Shown here: positions 24,703 through 35,112 of the stretch, one piece after another
How the letters are laid out: each line of letters begins with the position of its first letter
How positions within the stretch are numbered: position 1 is the stretch's first letter
Virus record (IMG/VR): IMGVR_UViG_3300025381_000007
Reading direction: 5' to 3' (one strand)
DNA from: a virus
DNA length: 37,326 nucleotides
Program-made: the position numbers and the translations under genes
The notes under the pieces: generated by a model
What the model saw: only the letters and a program-made list of their open reading frames with translations
The model's database searches: none
What the model was told of the DNA's origin: nothing

Positions 24703-25206
24703 TCACCAGCATTTGGTGTAATCGACTAGTTCACTTTGACGACTGACTTCTTTAACAAAGTAAGCGCATCGTGGTTTGGGGCCCGGCTCTAATGGTGTGC
24801 AGAGTAGCTGTCCGGGACGCATCTTGGGAAAATACCATTTAACATCTTGATAAACATCGATGATATCGATTTCTAAAAACTCTGGACGGAAACTACTACG
24901 TGGATTAAAACAGAATGTTTTAAATCCTCTATCGTTTAAACTAGTCAGTGGTAGCACTTCCATTTCCGGACCTTCTGGATCTCCCACAATAGTACACCAA
25001 TCTAATGGCATAGTAAGTTCGTGTTCGCCGATTTTAAGTACTACAGCAGGACCAGTAAAACTTTCTAAAAAGATTAAAGGGATAAACAAGTGATCAGGAT
25101 TACTGCTATCACTGTTATCTAATACTGCGAATCGTAAATCTTCGTCGATTTCGTCTGGTAGGTTATTGAGATAAAATACCTCATTGTCAAGAGTTAGGAT
25201 TTGCAT
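24703..25206 (-). CDS. Conserved hypothetical protein
   Basis: 167 aa, coupled to uvsW. Confidence 0.75.
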   Translation of the reverse strand: MQILTLDNEVFYLNNLPDEIDEDLRFAVLDNSDSSNPDHLFIPLIFLESFTGPAVVLKIGEHELTMPLDWCTIVGDPEGPEMEVLPLTSLNDRGFKTFCFNPRSSFRPEFLEIDIIDVYQDVKWYFPKMRPGQLLCTPLEPGPKPRCAYFVKEVSRQSELVDYTKCW

Positions 25207-25207
25207 T

Positions 25208-26671
25208 TTAATATTTTGTTTTTTGAATCGTGAAGGGGTATTTGGCTTCTTTGTAGAAGCGTTTGCGTTCTGTTAGGTGTCGTTTGGCGTATTTGCTTGC
25301 TGCGGTGATATCCCAGATTTGAACGAAGTCTTTGTCGTCGGCTTTTCGAATACCTCGGCCAATTGATTGTATAACGCGAACAAAGCTCTTTCCGGGCTCC
25401 ACCAGAACCAGATTAAAAATACGAGGGATATTAATACCCACAGCGGCCACACCATAAGTCGCCACAATGATCTTGTTATTAACCGTTTTAACCTCATCGT
25501 ATTCCTCTTTTCTATCTTTTGTTTTTACTTCGCCACTAATAAAAACGCTATCAGGAATTTTCTCAATCATTGCTTTGCCAGACTCGATTCGTCCAACTAG
25601 AACAAGTGTGTTACCTTTTTCTGCTATGTTTTTAATCAAGTCACACATATAATCTAATCTAGCATTATCGGTGACCAAATACTTTAGTTCTTCTGCGTAG
25701 GATTTAAATTCTTTCCATTCAGCAGTCTGGATAATATTTACATGACAGTTACTTAGCACTCCTGCTTCTTGAAGTTCGTGAGCAAAAACATGATTTGTAA
25801 CTTCACCTAGGCTGGCTTTGATGCTTTGAAATTCGTGGTCTGCTTTAGGTATAGTACCAGTTAGTCCCCATCGAATAGGAGCATTGGCAAGGTTGCGTGT
25901 TAGAAGATTTTTTAATACTTCAGCCTTGGCCATGTGTACTTCATCTACCATGACACAGCAAACATCGCTCAGTAACATCTCCATTTTTGCACTAGCAGCT
26001 TCGTCCCAATTTTTGCTATTTTTGTCCAAAATATTCAAACTTTGCCATGTACAGATTGTATGGGTTTTATCTAGGTCTTTTCTATCACCGTAGTAAACTC
26101 CAACATCCAATCCGCAGTTTACAAAATCTTCTTCGGTTTGTTCCACTAAACTTTTGTTAGGAACAATGGTTATTGTTCGACCGTATTTTTCACAAATTTT
26201 GCTCAAAGTTGCAGTGGTAATAGTCTTACCAAAACCTGTGGCAATTTCCTGTATGCTCTGTGGATGTTCGAGGAATGTGTTGATAACTTCAACTTGATCT
26301 TCACGCAACCTAATAGGTTGACCTTCAAATCGATGTCCTTTAGGCCATGTAGCATCACCCCAAAAATCCACCGAAATTTTGTCAAATTTTAGGTCAACAG
26401 GAATGCGCTGATCTTCCAGTTCAATATAGAAGTTTTTACTTTCTAAATATTCTAAAACCTGCGGAAGCATACTTAGATAAGTTGTTCCTCCAAGACCGAA
26501 AAAACTCACCGTGCCGTCCCAACGACCTAGTTTATAGGCTGGTCTAAAGCGAGCAGTAGGGTCTTCATACTTGAATTTTTTGACCAAGGCTTTGCGTGTA
26601 TCAAGATCTAGATTTTCAATCTTAATATTGACTTCATCTTTAATAACTATTTTACAAGTAGCCAAAATCAA
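25208..26671 (-). CDS. uvsW: UvsW-like SF2 helicase
   Basis: WDG, ATGFGKT, DEVH, GLTGT and QSIGRGIR motifs; TTG start could be 26665. Confidence 0.9.
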   Translation of the reverse strand: MILATCKIVIKDEVNIKIENLDLDTRKALVKKFKYEDPTARFRPAYKLGRWDGTVSFFGLGGTTYLSMLPQVLEYLESKNFYIELEDQRIPVDLKFDKISVDFWGDATWPKGHRFEGQPIRLREDQVEVINTFLEHPQSIQEIATGFGKTITTATLSKICEKYGRTITIVPNKSLVEQTEEDFVNCGLDVGVYYGDRKDLDKTHTICTWQSLNILDKNSKNWDEAASAKMEMLLSDVCCVMVDEVHMAKAEVLKNLLTRNLANAPIRWGLTGTIPKADHEFQSIKASLGEVTNHVFAHELQEAGVLSNCHVNIIQTAEWKEFKSYAEELKYLVTDNARLDYMCDLIKNIAEKGNTLVLVGRIESGKAMIEKIPDSVFISGEVKTKDRKEEYDEVKTVNNKIIVATYGVAAVGINIPRIFNLVLVEPGKSFVRVIQSIGRGIRKADDKDFVQIWDITAASKYAKRHLTERKRFYKEAKYPFTIQKTKY

Positions 26672-27830
26672 ATCCTATGTATTTTTGTTTTACCCCAAAA
26701 TTAATGAAATTTTGGTGATTTTTGGTATATTCTTTAAGTGTGTAATGTGCCATAGCATACCCTGTGTTTACTATTGTATTAAATTTTATTTTAGATTTCA
26801 ATAGCGGTTTAGGTAGTTTAGCACTGATAAACACTACTTTTGTTTCTGACGAAATTGGACCATTTAGACTCTGATTTTTTACAAAATCATTAAATTTTCT
26901 ACCAGTTTCAGAAGGTAATCTGAATAAAATTGACATGTTTTTTTCAGGGATACCTATGCCCTTTAAAATGTCAAAAACCTGCAGAGTTTTATTATATTCA
27001 TCGCCGCCGGGGATAATGATCAATGTTGGGCCATTATGTTTGATAATGGTTTTTAGGGCAGAAATTCCAGTTTCTGTAGGATCTAAATGAAATCCGGTAT
27101 TGGTATCTTTGATTAAGAAATTTTTAACTTCATTTTGAACATAAGAACTGTTTAGGTATTCATTTATATGATCATCCCATAGTGTTACACCTAAATTACG
27201 GGCTTGGAACACCGCTTCTAAAATATCATCAGTTTCAATTTCTGGCATATTTTTTGGAGAATTTTGTATTTTCAACTCTCCATTAATAATGCTTAACATA
27301 GGTGCATATTGCTCTGCGTTATTAATAATATTTTCAACCGTATCTGCGTAATTTTGAAAATCTTCACTAAAAGTAAAAGAATCATCAGAACATAGATCTG
27401 ATATAAATTTGATATTTTGCTCAGAAATTGGAAAATGCCAGGCTGTTGTATCTTTATCCCAAACAATGCTTGCGTTGTTATTATGTTTTGCTTTAAATTC
27501 TCTTATTGCCTTAACGCCCTCGTCTGAGTAGGGAAACTTTACTTCAATAATATTTCCATCGATAATGTTAACAGATTTGTTTAACACAGATTTACGTATT
27601 TTTAGTTTAAAATTGGGATTTTCTAAAAATGGCAGTATTTCGGTTTTTAATCTACTAGACAAAGAAGATTCATATCGTTTAATAATACGTATTGCTAACA
27701 CACTTTGTTTTTCAGTAAAACCCGTACCGTTGAAATATTGATCAGAAAAACTTTGTAGAATAGCCATGTCGGCATCATTTACAACATGCCGAGATCTCGA
27801 TAATTCTTCAACCAATTCTTCTATATACAT
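26652..27830 (-). CDS. Hypothetical protein
   Basis: Long AT-rich ORF; start MYIEE 6 nt after TATAAT. Confidence 0.75.
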   Translation of the reverse strand: MYIEELVEELSRSRHVVNDADMAILQSFSDQYFNGTGFTEKQSVLAIRIIKRYESSLSSRLKTEILPFLENPNFKLKIRKSVLNKSVNIIDGNIIEVKFPYSDEGVKAIREFKAKHNNNASIVWDKDTTAWHFPISEQNIKFISDLCSDDSFTFSEDFQNYADTVENIINNAEQYAPMLSIINGELKIQNSPKNMPEIETDDILEAVFQARNLGVTLWDDHINEYLNSSYVQNEVKNFLIKDTNTGFHLDPTETGISALKTIIKHNGPTLIIIPGGDEYNKTLQVFDILKGIGIPEKNMSILFRLPSETGRKFNDFVKNQSLNGPISSETKVVFISAKLPKPLLKSKIKFNTIVNTGYAMAHYTLKEYTKNHQNFINFGVKQKYIGFDFGYL

Positions 27831-27836
27831 AATATT

Positions 27837-27865
27837 ATTATACACTTATATTGAAATATCTTCAA
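27837..27865 (-). promoter_or_regulatory. sigma70 promoter (leaderless)
   Basis: TTGAAG-N17-TATAAT. Confidence 0.65.
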
Positions 27866-28301
27866 GTCCTGCTGTGCGTAGTTTGACAATATTTGTTATT
27901 TGCCATTGTTTTTGATCCAATGCTTTAATAATGCCTAACCATTGATTACGAAGCATGGCAAATTCATTAATGATTTTTTCCATATCAATAACTTCATCCT
28001 CACCTTCGACATATTTGTTAACATCGCTAGAACTCAAGGCTCGTGCATAAGTTTCTAAATATTTACGAAACAATTTAGATCTTATTTTACGAAGGTCAAT
28101 GTTTAACGATTCAAGAATAGCTTCAAGTTCTTGCAGTTGGTTAAATCTTTGTTCAACAATACCCGGCAAAGAAGCAGAGGCCTTTTCCACGCTGCCGTGG
28201 ATCTTGACCTCTGTTCTTGCTTGTTCGAGTTCGTTGTAAAAGTAATCTAAACAGCCTGGAAGGTTTGCTATGTCTTGGGAGACTTTAGCATACCATCCCA
28301 T
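27846..28301 (-). CDS. uvsY: Recombination mediator UvsY-like
   Basis: Helical 151 aa; KYVEGEDEV...IIKALDQKQWQITNIVKLR; lies between uvsX and uvsW. Confidence 0.75.
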   Translation of the reverse strand: MGWYAKVSQDIANLPGCLDYFYNELEQARTEVKIHGSVEKASASLPGIVEQRFNQLQELEAILESLNIDLRKIRSKLFRKYLETYARALSSSDVNKYVEGEDEVIDMEKIINEFAMLRNQWLGIIKALDQKQWQITNIVKLRTAGLEDISI

Positions 28302-28303
28302 GT

Positions 28304-28552
28304 TTAGTATTCCTCGTCTTCGTAGCCGTAGTCGCTCTCGTCCTCATCCTCGTCGAGTTCTTCATCCCCGACTACAAGTTCAATAGCTTCGTCTAGACTA
28401 GTGTCATAACCTACTAGGCCTTGTAAGACACTGACATCAACATCTTTACCTAGCAAATAATCGACAAAATGATTAGCCGCAGTTTCTTTGTTTTTGTCAG
28501 AGATGTATTCTTTGAACACATCCCAAATCTCGATGATTTGATCTTCTTCCAT
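28304..28552 (-). CDS. Small highly acidic protein
   Basis: 82 aa with D/E tail. Confidence 0.75.
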   Translation of the reverse strand: MEEDQIIEIWDVFKEYISDKNKETAANHFVDYLLGKDVDVSVLQGLVGYDTSLDEAIELVVGDEELDEDEDESDYGYEDEEY

Positions 28553-29611
28553 TTATGTTTCCTCTGATGCTTCTTCAGTGACAACAGGAGCACTTACTGC
28601 TGATTCATCCCATTCCTGCATGATAGTCATCAACTTATCTTCAGTCCATCCCTTACGGAAATATGCTTGGATTTCGCCTGTTGCCTTACTTGTATATTGT
28701 AACTTATTTCCCGACTTTGTCAATACGCCCATCTTTTCAAACATATCAACTAGGCCACTTGTAGGCTTCATACCAGTACTGTAAGGAATCTGAACTTGTA
28801 CACTTTCAAAAGGTTTAGCATAACGAGTTTTCATGATCTTACAGGCACTACGAATACCTAGTACATCACTGACCTTGTTGCCATCTTCATCTTCTTTCAA
28901 CTTCAACTTCTTCATGGCAACCACGATAGAAGATGCATAAATGAATCCCTGTCCACCAGAAATTTTATCGTCTGGATCGAACATATCTTGCGAAGCGTAT
29001 GTGTGATTTGTACAAACCATTCCAACATTATAACTCCCAAACATATTTACACAGTTACGAACTAGTGATGTAAGTGCTTTAGGCTTACGGCCCATGTCAC
29101 CTTTCATTTCGCCTGCTTCGAACTGATTAATATCAGTTGGTGTTAGTAACATACCCAAACTGTCGATTACAAACATAACCTTGGGACGTTCGTCTTCGGG
29201 CATGGCTTTGTATTCTTTCATGAATTCTGAAATGGTTTTTGCCACATCATCAATCATTGCCATATTGAGTTTTAGAAGTTTTTCTTCGCTAGTATCAACA
29301 CCAAGATCTTTCAACCATTTTTCATCTAAAGCATTTTCGCTGTCAACTAAGACAACAAAGATACCTTGTTCTTGTGCATGTCGAACCAAGTTGCCGGAGC
29401 AAATATAACTCTTACCAGCGCCACTTTCACCAGCAAAAACCGTTACTTTACCCAATGGAACTCCTTTGAAGAAGTCCCCTGAAATAAGATAATTTAAAGC
29501 ATAGTTGCCAGTGCTAACCCAGTCAGTTGGGTCATTGAAGCCTATGCCAAGTCCATCGATAGACTTGGTGATAGACTTACGGAACTTCGAAATATCGAAG
29601 GCTTTTACCAT
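28553..29611 (-). CDS. uvsX: RecA-like recombinase UvsX
   Basis: AGESGAGKS, DSENAL, IDSLG, TNHTY and SGG.G motifs. Confidence 0.92.
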   Translation of the reverse strand: MVKAFDISKFRKSITKSIDGLGIGFNDPTDWVSTGNYALNYLISGDFFKGVPLGKVTVFAGESGAGKSYICSGNLVRHAQEQGIFVVLVDSENALDEKWLKDLGVDTSEEKLLKLNMAMIDDVAKTISEFMKEYKAMPEDERPKVMFVIDSLGMLLTPTDINQFEAGEMKGDMGRKPKALTSLVRNCVNMFGSYNVGMVCTNHTYASQDMFDPDDKISGGQGFIYASSIVVAMKKLKLKEDEDGNKVSDVLGIRSACKIMKTRYAKPFESVQVQIPYSTGMKPTSGLVDMFEKMGVLTKSGNKLQYTSKATGEIQAYFRKGWTEDKLMTIMQEWDESAVSAPVVTEEASEET

Positions 29612-29625
29612 AGTCTATCTCCTGA

Positions 29626-30618
29626 TTATTGTTGGTTACGTTTACGGATCATCGCAATGATGTCGCTAGCACGGCTACCTGCATCGCTACTTGTCGGAGT
29701 GTCTGCTGGTGTGGATGCTGGAGCATCTTCTTCCCAAGGTGCGGCATCTTCGTCCATTGGAGCGGCTGCTACTGGAGCAGGGGCAGGTGCTGGACGGGCT
29801 GCCGGAGCAGATTGAGTTTGGTTGTTATTACCGCCTCTCATACCGTCTGGTTTGAAGTATTGTCCCCAACGATCCATGTCAAATGCTTCGCCATCGACTG
29901 ATGCTTCAAACATTTCTTTCATGACCTTAAGTTCAACATCTGTAGGTTTCTTTGGCAAGAATGTCTTCAAATCAAACAAACCATATTGTTGGATAGCGGC
30001 TTTTTCTGTTTCGCTTAGAGCACGTTCACGACGACTCCAGGTTGAAGTTGTGTAATCTGCATAACCACCTTTGCTTGTCTTAGCAATCTTGAAGTCCAAG
30101 CCACGGACATAGTCAGTTGGCAATTCTTCAATTTCACTATCCATCAAAGCATTCTTAACAATGTTAAAAATTTGGCTGCTCATGATAAAGCGACGGATTG
30201 GATTTTCCGGTGTCTTATCTTCTTGTAGTTTAGAGTCTACAACCAAACCTTGGAACAAATATGACTTTTTCTTCCAGTACTTACGACCCATATCTTCCAA
30301 GCTCTTGTCCTTAAACCATGGACGAACTTCTGTTAAGATTGGACAAGTTTCACCCCACATTTCCATGCATGGAACTTGTACTGTTACAGGTTTTGAATTT
30401 GTATCACCTTTCACACCAGCGAAAGGCAACTTGATCATTGCTCGTTCAATCCAGAAAAAAGTATTGTTGGGATCTGCGTCAGGAAGGAATCTAACTGTTG
30501 CTGTTTGCCCTTCTGCAATATTCCAATGTGCGAAAATTGCGTTGTCTCCCCCGCTTGTGGAGTTTTGTTGTTGTGAAGAAGCTTGAAGCTTCGCGCGGAT
30601 TTCTGCTAAAGTTGCCAT
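29626..30618 (-). CDS. Single-stranded DNA-binding protein (T4 gp32-like)
   Basis: VRFLPD, C......CPI, G.DFKI.K and YADY..S.W motifs; acidic, Pro-rich tail. Confidence 0.88.
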   Translation of the reverse strand: MATLAEIRAKLQASSQQQNSTSGGDNAIFAHWNIAEGQTATVRFLPDADPNNTFFWIERAMIKLPFAGVKGDTNSKPVTVQVPCMEMWGETCPILTEVRPWFKDKSLEDMGRKYWKKKSYLFQGLVVDSKLQEDKTPENPIRRFIMSSQIFNIVKNALMDSEIEELPTDYVRGLDFKIAKTSKGGYADYTTSTWSRRERALSETEKAAIQQYGLFDLKTFLPKKPTDVELKVMKEMFEASVDGEAFDMDRWGQYFKPDGMRGGNNNQTQSAPAARPAPAPAPVAAAPMDEDAAPWEEDAPASTPADTPTSSDAGSRASDIIAMIRKRNQQ

Positions 30619-30676
30619 AATGATTTTCCTTAATAAATGTAAATGTTATGCCTCTCTTTTATAGACCACTGCCTAC

Positions 30677-30715
30677 AAAAGAAAAAAAGTGCATATAACT
30701 ATTATATGCACTTTT
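30677..30715 (-). terminator. Intrinsic terminator overlapping the gp32 promoters
   Basis: 14-bp perfect stem AAAAGTGCATATAA/TTATATGCACTTTT plus T-run. Confidence 0.75.
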
Positions 30716-30729
30716 ATTTATCATAGCAA
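30701..30729 (-). promoter_or_regulatory. Nested sigma70 and late promoters for gp32
   Basis: TTGCTA-N17-TATAAT with TAAATA (30715-30720) in its spacer. Confidence 0.65.
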
Positions 30730-30753
30730 CCTATACAGTTGCAAATATTGGTA

Positions 30754-32772
30754 TTATTTTGCCAATCCGGAAAGTTTCAAAATGTCTGTAATATCTTCTT
30801 TCATTCCCATTTTTGATTTAAGATTTGACAAACCTTGACTGCTTGTTAGGCTCTTGGATCGTTCTTTTTCCAAATCTTTTGTACTCATTTTCCAATCACC
30901 GCCCTTTTCTTTACGCTGTGCCGCAGGAATTTCGCTCTTGTCAACTTCTTCTGATGGCATGATATTGGTGTTGAAATCAGTACCACCATTGCCACGATCG
31001 CCGATTCCTTCTACTTTAGATTTAACATTGCCTAGTAGTTCTTTCAAACGGCTTAGACCGTCATCTTCAACTGGGCCGTGTTTGGCTTCCCATTTTTTGG
31101 TAAGTTTTTCCATGAATTCTAATGCTAGTTGTTCGCATTGGTCACCAACTTCATCACCGAACATTTCAGCACATTTCTTTTTAACGTCTAGAGCAATGTT
31201 TGGAGCACCGTTGAATGGACCGACTTCTGGGTTATCTTCATTGAAACGACTCTTAACAAGTTTAGCAACTTCTTTAACCACTGCTTCGCGAGTTGGCATG
31301 GTTTTGTTAGCAGGGCCACTCATTTCCTCGTTTTCTGTTGCTGGTTGTTCTGGAGGTACTTCTGTTGGTTCTTGTTTGTTGCCGCCTAATCCCAACGATG
31401 TTACTAGGTTAGGATAGTTTTCTTCAGCCCAGGGAGTTAGTACATCTTTAATAGGATCAGCTTCTGGATTGATTCTAGATTGAGCTTGAAACTTTTCCGC
31501 TAGTTCGGGGTGTAGTTCAACTAGTTCATTAAAAAACTCAATAGCAGTTTGACCGTTTGGACCTAACTGTAGTTTGCCGTCCGGAAGTTCATTGATAGCA
31601 GATTTTAAAGTTTGGATCTGATCTTGAGTAAGTTCTCCACCTTCAGTGGCATTAGCCCAATCTTCAAACTCTGATTCTGGACCATTGCGGCCATGGCTGG
31701 CTTGTCCCATGCCAATATCAAATGCTTCATCCGACTGTTCATCTCGAGATTCTTCTACATAATCGTCAAGGTCAACAGTATTTGTTTCACTCATGATTTT
31801 GTGTAGTAGCGGAAAGAAATCAGTTAGGCTTTCTTCAAAACTTGTTTGTGTAAATTTTTGTTTGTATTGTTCCATAGTGACATCATCTAACATTGTGTCG
31901 CTATCATCGATACCACCATGGAATTCATTAATCCAATTTTCGTAGTGTTGTCTTTTTCCTAGTGCTGCTATTTGCGCTTTTAGTTCGTTCATACGGCCTA
32001 TGGCACGTTCTGTAATTCCTGTTGCATCATCATGCAAAGTAGCACTTCTAACTTTCTTTTGAAACTCACCTAACTTGGCAATTTCTTCACTCATTTTCAT
32101 TATTGCTTTGCCTGCCGGATCGTGAGGCACACCGCCGTGATCTACGTGTTGTGCCATTGCAAAGGCGCCTGCTGTATGAATGAATGGATACTTAAAGCGT
32201 TCGCCGTCTGCGTTCTGAATAAAGATTGATTTGATATGTTTAGGGCTACTACGTGAGCCTGCGTATGTTTCTTGGAAATCGTTCTTGTGACGAACAATAA
32301 CCTCAGTTTTGCCTGATGTAGCACGGCTAGTTTTTTTACTGCTTCTGCCGTTCCAGCGTGATTCATTCATTGTGCTCATTGGTTCTTCCTTGGGGCCTTG
32401 AGTAGTGGCCAAATGTTGAAAATCGTTTTTATCTAGATTTGTTTTAGCAATATCGCGTGTGTCAAATCTTAGCAGACGACGCATAGCAAAGAAACGCATT
32501 TCTTTTAAGAAAGCAAACCACGCTTTCTTAACTGGTTCATCGTTGTTTTCTGTAATACCTTGGCTATAATAAACTTTTAGACTACCTAAATCTCCTAGGC
32601 TAATGCTAACACGGCCTAGATTGTTTCCCTCTGCAACAAAGTCAAAATCGAAGAATACAGCTTCAGATGGATCAATGGTTACAGCGCCAGTACTATCACC
32701 CATTTCCAAATTTTGAAAACGGCTGCGTACTTTGTCGAATAAGTCTTGGGAAATAATTTGAATAGGTGTCAT
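30754..32772 (-). CDS. Large acidic hypothetical protein, possibly head-internal
   Basis: 672 aa; TAAATA 6 nt upstream; ends DILKLSGLAK. Confidence 0.75.
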   Translation of the reverse strand: MTPIQIISQDLFDKVRSRFQNLEMGDSTGAVTIDPSEAVFFDFDFVAEGNNLGRVSISLGDLGSLKVYYSQGITENNDEPVKKAWFAFLKEMRFFAMRRLLRFDTRDIAKTNLDKNDFQHLATTQGPKEEPMSTMNESRWNGRSSKKTSRATSGKTEVIVRHKNDFQETYAGSRSSPKHIKSIFIQNADGERFKYPFIHTAGAFAMAQHVDHGGVPHDPAGKAIMKMSEEIAKLGEFQKKVRSATLHDDATGITERAIGRMNELKAQIAALGKRQHYENWINEFHGGIDDSDTMLDDVTMEQYKQKFTQTSFEESLTDFFPLLHKIMSETNTVDLDDYVEESRDEQSDEAFDIGMGQASHGRNGPESEFEDWANATEGGELTQDQIQTLKSAINELPDGKLQLGPNGQTAIEFFNELVELHPELAEKFQAQSRINPEADPIKDVLTPWAEENYPNLVTSLGLGGNKQEPTEVPPEQPATENEEMSGPANKTMPTREAVVKEVAKLVKSRFNEDNPEVGPFNGAPNIALDVKKKCAEMFGDEVGDQCEQLALEFMEKLTKKWEAKHGPVEDDGLSRLKELLGNVKSKVEGIGDRGNGGTDFNTNIMPSEEVDKSEIPAAQRKEKGGDWKMSTKDLEKERSKSLTSSQGLSNLKSKMGMKEDITDILKLSGLAK

Positions 32773-32781
32773 AACTTATAT

Positions 32782-34368
32782 TTAGTATGTGCTAATGTAA
32801 ATCGGCATAGGTAAATCATATTCGTCTAGGCCTTCTTGGTCCCGCATCTTGTCGTAGATTGCCGGATCCCATTCTTGTAATGTAGAAATCATACGGATGT
32901 TTAGTAACATACTGGCCACTAAGTCATCATGGTGTCCCGTTTTAGCCTTAAAAGTAACACCCTCTGCAACATAAGTTTTTAGTTCACTAATCAGCGCTTT
33001 ACTGTGAATTTTTAGTTTATTAGTTTCGACTAACTTTTTAAGTTGAGCACAGGCAGCAACTTTAGCCAGATGCGTTGTATTGAATCCTTTACGGAATCTA
33101 CGAACATGACCGCGTTTAACTGGTTCACTTAAAAATAGTCCTGGAAAAGTTTCCTCTCCTAGTGCATCGATACATACTAGGGCACTTTCACCTAGTGTAT
33201 TGTTTTCTACACTGTAATAAATGCTAGGTGTAACTCCTGCTTTTTGATATCGTTCTGCTAAATGGTTTAACATATCTCTCATGATACGAACTTGACTTTG
33301 TATGGGTGTCATATTATGATGCCACTCTGCTACCTGTTCCATGCAAGGCAACTCTAAAACTTGTATGGCGGCATAATCACCTCCAGTGCCTAAACTAGGG
33401 TCTAAACTAACCATGTAGGTGCTTTTAGCATTAAATCTCTTATACCAACGAGCTTGTCCCATCTTCATAAATGGTTCGTCTCCGGTCATTCCAGCGAGGC
33501 ACAAACTATTGATAAGAGTTTCGTCAAAAATCAAGAACTTACATTCGTGTTCACGTTCGAATCGTTCTTGACCGACACGCGACATTTCTTCATGTTTCCA
33601 TTTTTCATCACGATCTGGATGTTGACTCCAAATAGCCATGTAAGGATGAAAACCGTTTTTACCAACTTCTGTGGTATTGCCGAACTCATCTGTCATCTTG
33701 TTGGCTTCGTTCCAAATAGTAGCAAACTGATCTTCGTCGCTGTTTGGAGTGCTGGTAATAATAGCCTTACCGCCAGTTGCTAATGTGGGAGATATGGAGG
33801 TCCAAAACTCTACGGCAATGTTAGGCTCAACATAAGCAAACTCGTCACAGTATAGCAATGACACAGACATACCACGACCGGTTGTTTCTGTTGTTGTCTG
33901 TGCTACAATGCGTGATCCATTGTCAAACTCGATACTTTGTTTGTTATAACTTGTAGCACCTGCACGAATAAAATCAGGACATGTTTCGTAGGCATAGCGT
34001 AGGCGTTGCATAATTTCTAAAGCGCCAGTATGCTTGTGAGCTGAAATTAAGATAGTGCTATCTGGCACGAACATAGCATACCACAACAAATACCCCACCG
34101 CAGTTGTAGTTTTGCCCATTTGTCGTCCCAACATATTAACGCTGAAACGATGATCATGATAACTTTTTAATAGGTCTTCTTGGTACTGAAAAGGTTTGTA
34201 TTGTATCTGACCCTTTGTAGGATGTTGTATGTAAAAGAAATTTTCAATAAAATACTTTGGTCCAGTTTCGGGATCCATACAAGCAGCCATGTGCATCAGA
34301 TCTTCTTCGGACCATTTTTGCGTTGCATGGGCTTTTTTGATTAAATTGCCTTCAAGTGATTTTGCCAT
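32782..34368 (-). CDS. terL: Terminase large subunit (T4 gp17-like)
   Basis: GRQMGKTT, YCDEFA, ITSTPN, LDPSLG..GDY and HDDLV motifs. Confidence 0.95.
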   Translation of the reverse strand: MAKSLEGNLIKKAHATQKWSEEDLMHMAACMDPETGPKYFIENFFYIQHPTKGQIQYKPFQYQEDLLKSYHDHRFSVNMLGRQMGKTTTAVGYLLWYAMFVPDSTILISAHKHTGALEIMQRLRYAYETCPDFIRAGATSYNKQSIEFDNGSRIVAQTTTETTGRGMSVSLLYCDEFAYVEPNIAVEFWTSISPTLATGGKAIITSTPNSDEDQFATIWNEANKMTDEFGNTTEVGKNGFHPYMAIWSQHPDRDEKWKHEEMSRVGQERFEREHECKFLIFDETLINSLCLAGMTGDEPFMKMGQARWYKRFNAKSTYMVSLDPSLGTGGDYAAIQVLELPCMEQVAEWHHNMTPIQSQVRIMRDMLNHLAERYQKAGVTPSIYYSVENNTLGESALVCIDALGEETFPGLFLSEPVKRGHVRRFRKGFNTTHLAKVAACAQLKKLVETNKLKIHSKALISELKTYVAEGVTFKAKTGHHDDLVASMLLNIRMISTLQEWDPAIYDKMRDQEGLDEYDLPMPIYISTY

Positions 34369-34382
34369 AATATTATTTAATG

Positions 34383-34410
34383 AAAAAAATAGGCTCCGAA
34401 GAGCCTATTT
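34383..34410 (-). terminator. Intrinsic terminator with cUUCGg tetraloop
   Basis: AAATAGGCTC-TTCG-GAGCCTA-T7, followed by TAAATA at 34374-34379. Confidence 0.88.
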
Positions 34411-34432
34411 GGGGACTATGTCCTAATACTTA

Positions 34433-35110
34433 TTATTTGTCGCTTTCTTCATCGTCACATTCGCATTTATCCATAGGTTTGTGACAATCATCACATTCTT
34501 CTTCTTTTGATTCGTTGATAAACTTTTGATATTCCTGCATCAAACTTTCGAATGTAGCATTGCCTTTTGGCATAGTACCGTCCATACGATCGCCAGCATC
34601 TGGTTTGTTTTCTTGATTAGCAAATCCGTTTGGATCAAATGGTTTTTGTTTGGTAGGATCGTTAGGAGTTGTATCAACGCCTGGGATACCGTGTTGATCA
34701 AGTTCTTCGCCTTCATCGGTTTCCTCTTCTTCGCCACTTTCTTCCCCATCGTCGCCGATGTTGTTCATTTTATCTAAGACACTACGCATACTATCGCGTT
34801 CGGAATCAGCAGCCGCAGGACCTACAGCCATTGCTGGACCAGAAGTCATAACTGTTGGTTCTTTTTCAACACCCATGTGTTCGTCACCGACTTTATGTAC
34901 GCCAGCAAGTTGCATAATAGCAGCCAGCATGTTGCCTAGTTCTTCACCATCACCGGCTGTGATATTTAATGTAGCGGGGGTCTTTGGTTCTTCTGCTACA
35001 GGCATGCCCATGGTCATTGGACCACATTCTGAAACCTTAGTTTCATAAACTACATTTGAATTTTTAGCATCTAGTTCAGCTAAACGCTTTAGTACATCGA
35101 TCATTTGCAT
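34433..35110 (-). CDS. Acidic, disordered hypothetical protein (possible prohead core/internal protein)
   Basis: 225 aa; IMQLAGV and FINES motifs. Confidence 0.7.
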   Translation of the reverse strand: MQMIDVLKRLAELDAKNSNVVYETKVSECGPMTMGMPVAEEPKTPATLNITAGDGEELGNMLAAIMQLAGVHKVGDEHMGVEKEPTVMTSGPAMAVGPAAADSERDSMRSVLDKMNNIGDDGEESGEEEETDEGEELDQHGIPGVDTTPNDPTKQKPFDPNGFANQENKPDAGDRMDGTMPKGNATFESLMQEYQKFINESKEEECDDCHKPMDKCECDDEESDK

Positions 35111-35112
35111 TT

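Noticed and set aside
16854-34368. Inteins or introns in helicase, UvsW, UvsX or terminase
   Set aside because: Normal lengths, continuous motifs and no splice-junction signatures seen.
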